Virus record (IMG/VR): IMGVR_UViG_3300025156_000428
Source of the DNA: a virus
DNA: 39,641 nucleotides
Reading direction: 5' to 3' (one strand)
Made by a program: the position numbers and the translations under genes. This document shows positions 35,966 to 39,641 of this stretch, piece after piece. The notes beneath the pieces were generated by a model. It was not told the origin of the DNA, did not search any database, and worked only from the letters and a program-made list of their open reading frames with translations. Numbering within the stretch: the stretch's first letter is position 1; every line of letters begins with the position of its first letter.

Positions 35966-36569
35966 CCCTCATCACCTCCATTCTTTCTTTCCATTTCTCC
36001 TCAATTTTCCTTTCCAGCTGCTCTATTGCCCTTATTCCACGTTCACTTCTGCGAACTTCAAGAAGCCATGCGCAACAATTGAAGCAAAGTCCAACCCATT
36101 CATACTCTGCACCTTCATAACCATTTGACCTGAGAAGCACTGGAATGTCCTCACTGACTTTGAACTTGAATGTTTGTGCATATCTGTCATTTTCCATCTG
36201 TTCGTATTCTTCCTCACCAACTGGATATGGAAGATCATAACTAGCACTGCGAACAACATACCAATTGCAACCAGCGTATTCTATGTAAAACCAACCACAA
36301 AGAAGTGATGAGTTAATTTTCCTTGTGCATGCAAGAAGTTCCTTCACCTCTTCTTCAAATTCAGAAGGTGTGCATTGAATCACAGCTCTTCTCTTCATAT
36401 CAGCTCCTCTCGTTGCTGTCAATATTTCTCTCCAGACGCCAGGAGTGGTCGGAGCAATAGTATGAGCAAGCGCTTTTGCAGCAGCTATCTCGTCAGGAAA
36501 TTCTCTCTCTTTATATTTCCTATATTCTTCCTCAAATTCTGGCATTCTCAACCACCTCAGAAGCACCAC
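35958..36569 (-). CDS. Hypothetical protein, 203 aa
   Basis: ORF track; charged composition like its neighbours. Confidence 0.7.
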   Translation of the reverse strand: MVLLRWLRMPEFEEEYRKYKEREFPDEIAAAKALAHTIAPTTPGVWREILTATRGADMKRRAVIQCTPSEFEEEVKELLACTRKINSSLLCGWFYIEYAGCNWYVVRSASYDLPYPVGEEEYEQMENDRYAQTFKFKVSEDIPVLLRSNGYEGAEYEWVGLCFNCCAWLLEVRRSERGIRAIEQLERKIEEKWKERMEVMRDE

Positions 36570-36985
36570 AACTCAATTTTCTTTTCCTTCTTCAACCTCT
36601 CTATCCTCACATCCTTCCTCTGCTCTCTCTGCTGCTGGTGGTTGTAGTATCGGAGGAAATTGCCCCTTACCTTTCTGCCATTCCCACTCAATTTGCTCAA
36701 CTGCTTGCATGCCTCAAATGCAAAGTGGTAATCTACCTCTTCCACCTCACCTTTCTTCTCCCCTGCTCTGAACTTGCGGAATGCCACTTTTGTCTCTGGG
36801 AAGAGGAAGTATGTAATGAGTGGTTTGTTGTCCTGGAACACTGTCAGCTCCAATCTACCTATCCTATTCATCCTATTCACATCCATTCCACACATCCACC
36901 TCCTGGGGTGACAGCTTTTCTTCACTGTCACCCTTTCAGGAGAAAAGAGAGGAAAAAACAGATTATAAAGCTCTTTAATATCCAT
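36557..36985 (-). CDS. Hypothetical protein, 142 aa
   Basis: ORF track. Confidence 0.6.
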   Translation of the reverse strand: MDIKELYNLFFPLFSPERVTVKKSCHPRRWMCGMDVNRMNRIGRLELTVFQDNKPLITYFLFPETKVAFRKFRAGEKKGEVEEVDYHFAFEACKQLSKLSGNGRKVRGNFLRYYNHQQQREQRKDVRIERLKKEKKIELWCF

Positions 36986-36997
36986 AAAAGAAAAAAT

Positions 36998-37357
36998 TCA
37001 CACATCTTTTCGTCTAAAAGTGAATGCAAGTCCAGCAATGAAAATCTCTTTGTAAAGAATATCACTGAAGAGTCTTCGTCTTAACAGCTTTAGAATCGTG
37101 TCTGTGTTTTTGTGTCTCTTCGCAAGAAAGAGTCTCTTTTTTAGTGCTATGATTTCATAACTTTTCTCTCGCTCTCTTATCTCTATGTCTGAGCTGAAAC
37201 GCTTGAGCTCTATATTGTGACGAGGTAGATTTTCAAGCAGCTCAAGAAGCCCATCGTCTATTTCATTGATCATTACTGAAAATGGGTCAGTCTCTGTCTC
37301 TCCAGCTTCCTTTACGAGCTCAAGCTCGTATTCTATGTCCTCAATATTTAAGCTCAT
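36998..37357 (-). CDS. Hypothetical helical protein, 119 aa
   Basis: GGAGGTGA RBS. Confidence 0.7.
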   Translation of the reverse strand: MSLNIEDIEYELELVKEAGETETDPFSVMINEIDDGLLELLENLPRHNIELKRFSSDIEIREREKSYEIIALKKRLFLAKRHKNTDTILKLLRRRLFSDILYKEIFIAGLAFTFRRKDV

Positions 37358-37399
37358 CCTCTCACCTCCCTTCTATCGTGCAATCCTCTGTCAGATCCT

Positions 37400-37428
37400 G
37401 TGAGGGCGGGGCTTCCCCTCCCCACTCA
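37400..37428. other. GC-rich intergenic hairpin TGAGGGCGGGG-CTT-CCCCTCCCCACTCA
   Basis: Imperfect inverted repeat in an otherwise GC-poor genome. Confidence 0.45.
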
Positions 37429-37578
37429 TCGCAGCAGCACTCTATTTTCGTCGTTCCACACAACGTACTCCACATTCCCCAACTGTTCTGTTGTGACTCC
37501 GCAGAATATACCACAGTGCTCTGGATTTTTTTGCAAACCACAGCTTACCCACTTTCATCCACTCTATTCCATGTCTTA

Positions 37579-37803
37579 TCATTCACCACACCTCCTCTCA
37601 ATCTCCTCCCTGATTATTTGATGCAACTCCTGAATCCTCTGCCTCTCCTCATCTGTGAGGTAATTGTCAACAATGAGAGAAAATGGAAATGCACTGAAAT
37701 CAATGCCCTCTCGCTCTGAGACTCTCCTTATGATTTCATTCAGCTCCTTCTGTGCTCTTGCAAGTCTGTTCAGTTCTCCTTTCCATATCCATATTTGTTC
37801 CAT
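37579..37803 (-). CDS. Hypothetical protein, 74 aa
   Basis: GGGGTGA RBS; helical. Confidence 0.7.
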   Translation of the reverse strand: MEQIWIWKGELNRLARAQKELNEIIRRVSEREGIDFSAFPFSLIVDNYLTDEERQRIQELHQIIREEIERRCGE

Positions 37804-37809
37804 CCTTAC

Positions 37810-38253
37810 TCACCCCCTTATTATGTCTCCTGTCATTGGCAGTATTCCTTCCTCCATAATTGCCATCAGAAACTTCTTCTGCAATCCTGAGACTCTGGCA
37901 TTGGCAACTGTCTTGTCAAATTCGTAGCTGAGGAAGCGGTCAAAGAATTCATCGTATGTCATCTCTGATAACTCAAATATCCTCTGCACGGATTTTCTTC
38001 CCTTCTCATTCACACGCACATACTGATACTTGGGCGTTATGTATCTGAATGCTCCTCTCTGCTCCACCCTGAACACATGGTTTTCATATACCACTGTTCC
38101 TCTCGGCATTGTTGGCTGTTTTATCAGCACCCACTTCTTTCTCTTCTTCTCCTTCCTCTCTTCTCTCCTCACAGAGCCGTTCCCATTCTCACGCTCATTC
38201 CACACGCTCTCATACAACCTCTCCAGCTCATCTATCTCACACATCTCACACAT
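37810..38253 (-). CDS. Hypothetical early protein, ~147 aa
   Basis: Likely ATG 38253 after GGAGG; first long ORF after the promoter at 38486. Confidence 0.65.
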   Translation of the reverse strand: MCEMCEIDELERLYESVWNERENGNGSVRREERKEKKRKKWVLIKQPTMPRGTVVYENHVFRVEQRGAFRYITPKYQYVRVNEKGRKSVQRIFELSEMTYDEFFDRFLSYEFDKTVANARVSGLQKKFLMAIMEEGILPMTGDIIRG

Positions 38254-38485
38254 CCCTCCTATCCAAATCACCTCCCCCCTCCATATTGCAGGAGGAGTGT
38301 GGGGAGGAAATAAATTGAAAAAGAAGAGGAAGGAAAGGATGTTTGTTTTGCATTCACTCTCACTGACTGAGAGCACATCACAAGCATCAGAGCTGGGTTC
38401 TGCTCTGCCACTCCCATCCTGCCCACCTCAGTGGGGGTGCTTTCCCCTCCACCCCACCTCATCTATTCATCTATACTTTGAGTGG

Positions 38486-38526
38486 CTATTTAAATGCTTT
38501 GTTCATTGAAAGAAAAATTTCAATGA
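38486..38526 (-). promoter_or_regulatory. TATA box with an adjacent 9-bp inverted repeat (operator or terminator)
   Basis: Minus strand AAAGCATTTAAATAG; TCATTGAAA(38503-38511)-GAAAAA-TTTCAATGA(38518-38526). Confidence 0.6.
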
Positions 38527-38533
38527 GCGAAAC

Positions 38534-39223
38534 TTATATCAATGGCTCATCATCAATCTCTTCCTTTTCTGATTTCTTCCTTTCTCTCTTTTTCTCATAC
38601 AATCCCTGCTTTATCAGATACTCCCTTAGTGAAAAATAATTCACTTGAAGAATTTTTGAAATTGCAGAAAGACTTAGTCCAAGCTGCAAATATTTTTTCA
38701 CATCTCTTATCTGTTTCTGCGTGAGAGAAAATGGTGGACGACCAATCAGCTTTCCTTCAGCTCTTGCCCTTCTCATCCCTTCATATACTCTCTGCCTTAT
38801 CAGCTCTCTCTCCCTCTCTGCTACCCATGCAAAAATCGTGAGAATCAGATTTCTCACACTCTCATCTTGTGCATTCAAAAATTGCTCTTTCTCACTGACA
38901 CTGAAAACTCTCACACCAAGCTCTTTCTCAAACTTTCTGATCATCGTCACTGTATCAAACATATCTCTGCCAATCCGTGAGATCTCATACACATACAGAT
39001 TGATTTGTTCATCATTGTTCTGCTGCCTGATCCCATGAATGAATGCCAACATTTCGTTGAATCCTTTCCTCTTCTTTGCTGGAATTGCCCCACTCACTCC
39101 GACATCCATGAAAAATTTGATTTCCTTGTCTTCTCCAAGAAATCGCCTGATTGCCAGCACCTGATTCTCAGGTCTCTCCTCAACTCTTGATACTCTCACA
39201 TAACCAATGTGCACCACCATCAC
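38534..39223 (-). CDS. Small serine recombinase (resolvase/invertase family) with C-terminal HTH, 229 aa
   Basis: GYVRVS catalytic motif, D.GVSG, R.GFNEML, ISRIGRD, ERELIRQRVYEG...AEG..IGRP, terminal HTH. Confidence 0.92.
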   Translation of the reverse strand: MMVVHIGYVRVSRVEERPENQVLAIRRFLGEDKEIKFFMDVGVSGAIPAKKRKGFNEMLAFIHGIRQQNNDEQINLYVYEISRIGRDMFDTVTMIRKFEKELGVRVFSVSEKEQFLNAQDESVRNLILTIFAWVAERERELIRQRVYEGMRRARAEGKLIGRPPFSLTQKQIRDVKKYLQLGLSLSAISKILQVNYFSLREYLIKQGLYEKKRERKKSEKEEIDDEPLI

Positions 39224-39238
39224 ATATCACCTCCCTAT

Positions 39239-39334
39239 TTTGATAAAAGGTTTGTAAGCAAATAAAAATATTTCTTGAAAAAGCCATTTTGATCGGGTCT
39301 CAAAAATAATTCAAAAAAGGGGTCTTTTATCAAA
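39239..39334. promoter_or_regulatory. Nested inverted repeats upstream of the resolvase (res-like site)
   Basis: TTTGATAAAAG(39239-39249)...CTTTTATCAAA(39324-39334) enclosing TTTTGA-TCGGGTC-TCAAAA (39287-39305). Confidence 0.55.
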
Positions 39335-39507
39335 TTGCAGAAAAGAGAGAAAAGGAAATAAAGCAAGAAGAGAAGGAGAATAAGCTGTATCTCTTCTCTC
39401 ATTTGTTTTTGAGATGGAGTGACGAAAAAGTATGAAAAATGTGATTTTCATACAGGTGTGCAATTGTTATGAATTTGCCCATTTGGACAGTAGCACACAA
39501 ACATGTG

Positions 39508-39607
39508 AGTAACAACTTTCATGCTGTTTTGTGTTACTGCATCACTGTCTCATCTGCTTCACACATTTTGTTCTCACAGTAACAACATTTTGGTAGTAAC
39601 AACTTTC
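39508..39607 (+). repeat. Iteron-like direct repeats AGTAACAAC(TTTC) x3 plus an inverted GTTACT
   Basis: Copies at 39508-39520, 39578-39586 and 39595-39607; GTTACT at 39533-39538. Confidence 0.65.
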
Positions 39608-39641
39608 TTGCAAAGTGTGGAACTCCCCCTTCCCCTTGCCC

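Larger units (their letters stand above)
1..39641 (-). mobile_element. Archaeal spindle-shaped dsDNA virus genome (probably circular), anaerobic euryarchaeal host, possibly ANME-1 (Itzamnaviridae-like)
   Basis: Two-helix hydrophobic capsid-like protein, morphogenesis ATPase, archaeal-type PolB/PCNA/RFC/primase/Hjc/Alba, class III RNR and ThyX; no head-tail genes (terminase, portal, HK97 MCP) and no housekeeping genes; unidirectional coding. Family and host are inferences. Confidence 0.8.

Noticed and set aside
37426-37582. Programmed frameshift at the A7 run (37526-37532) in a 46-codon ORF
   Set aside because: Both alternative products are short and unrecognisable; there is no evidence beyond the homopolymer, and it could be a sequencing indel.
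38534-39223. IS607 transposase / IS element
   Set aside because: The HTH is C-terminal (resolvase layout) rather than N-terminal, and there is no adjacent tnpB.
1-39641. Head-tail phage morphogenesis genes, tRNA or rRNA genes
   Set aside because: No terminase, portal, HK97-fold or tail motifs were recognised, and no cloverleaf or rRNA-like sequence was seen by eye.

Overview
The window looks like a complete or near-complete ~39.6 kb genome of an archaeal spindle-shaped dsDNA virus (or its episomal form) infecting an anaerobic euryarchaeon. My best inference for the host is ANME-1/Methanophagales, and the gene set recalls the Itzamnaviridae from memory; no database search was possible. Essentially every credible gene is on the minus strand, tightly packed, many with GGAGGTGA-type ribosome-binding sites. 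In + coordinates the modules are: (1) a repeat-rich non-coding region at both ends (39240-39641 and 1-1300; probable origin/res region if circular); (2) a self-contained operon of five very basic proteins (1645-2967), including an uncalled 25-aa protamine-like peptide; (3) a virion/morphogenesis module (3328-18091) with membrane glycoproteins, a 1034-aa adhesin-like protein, several two-helix capsid-like proteins, a 702-aa protein with an AbiEii/MenT-like nucleotidyltransferase signature, an ATPase, a GT-C glycosyltransferase and the major capsid protein; (4) nucleotide metabolism (NrdD, dUTPase, ThyX, Nmad1-like) interrupted by a secreted dockerin protein; (5) a near-complete archaeal-type replisome (PolB, PCNA, two RFC-like ATPases, primase, SSB-like, Sak4-like ATPase, Cas4-like nuclease, Hjc, XPD-like helicase, but no MCM or Orc1); (6) a zinc-ribbon-Alba fusion and small early genes; (7) a serine resolvase. 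No rRNA, tRNA, CRISPR array or IS element was found.
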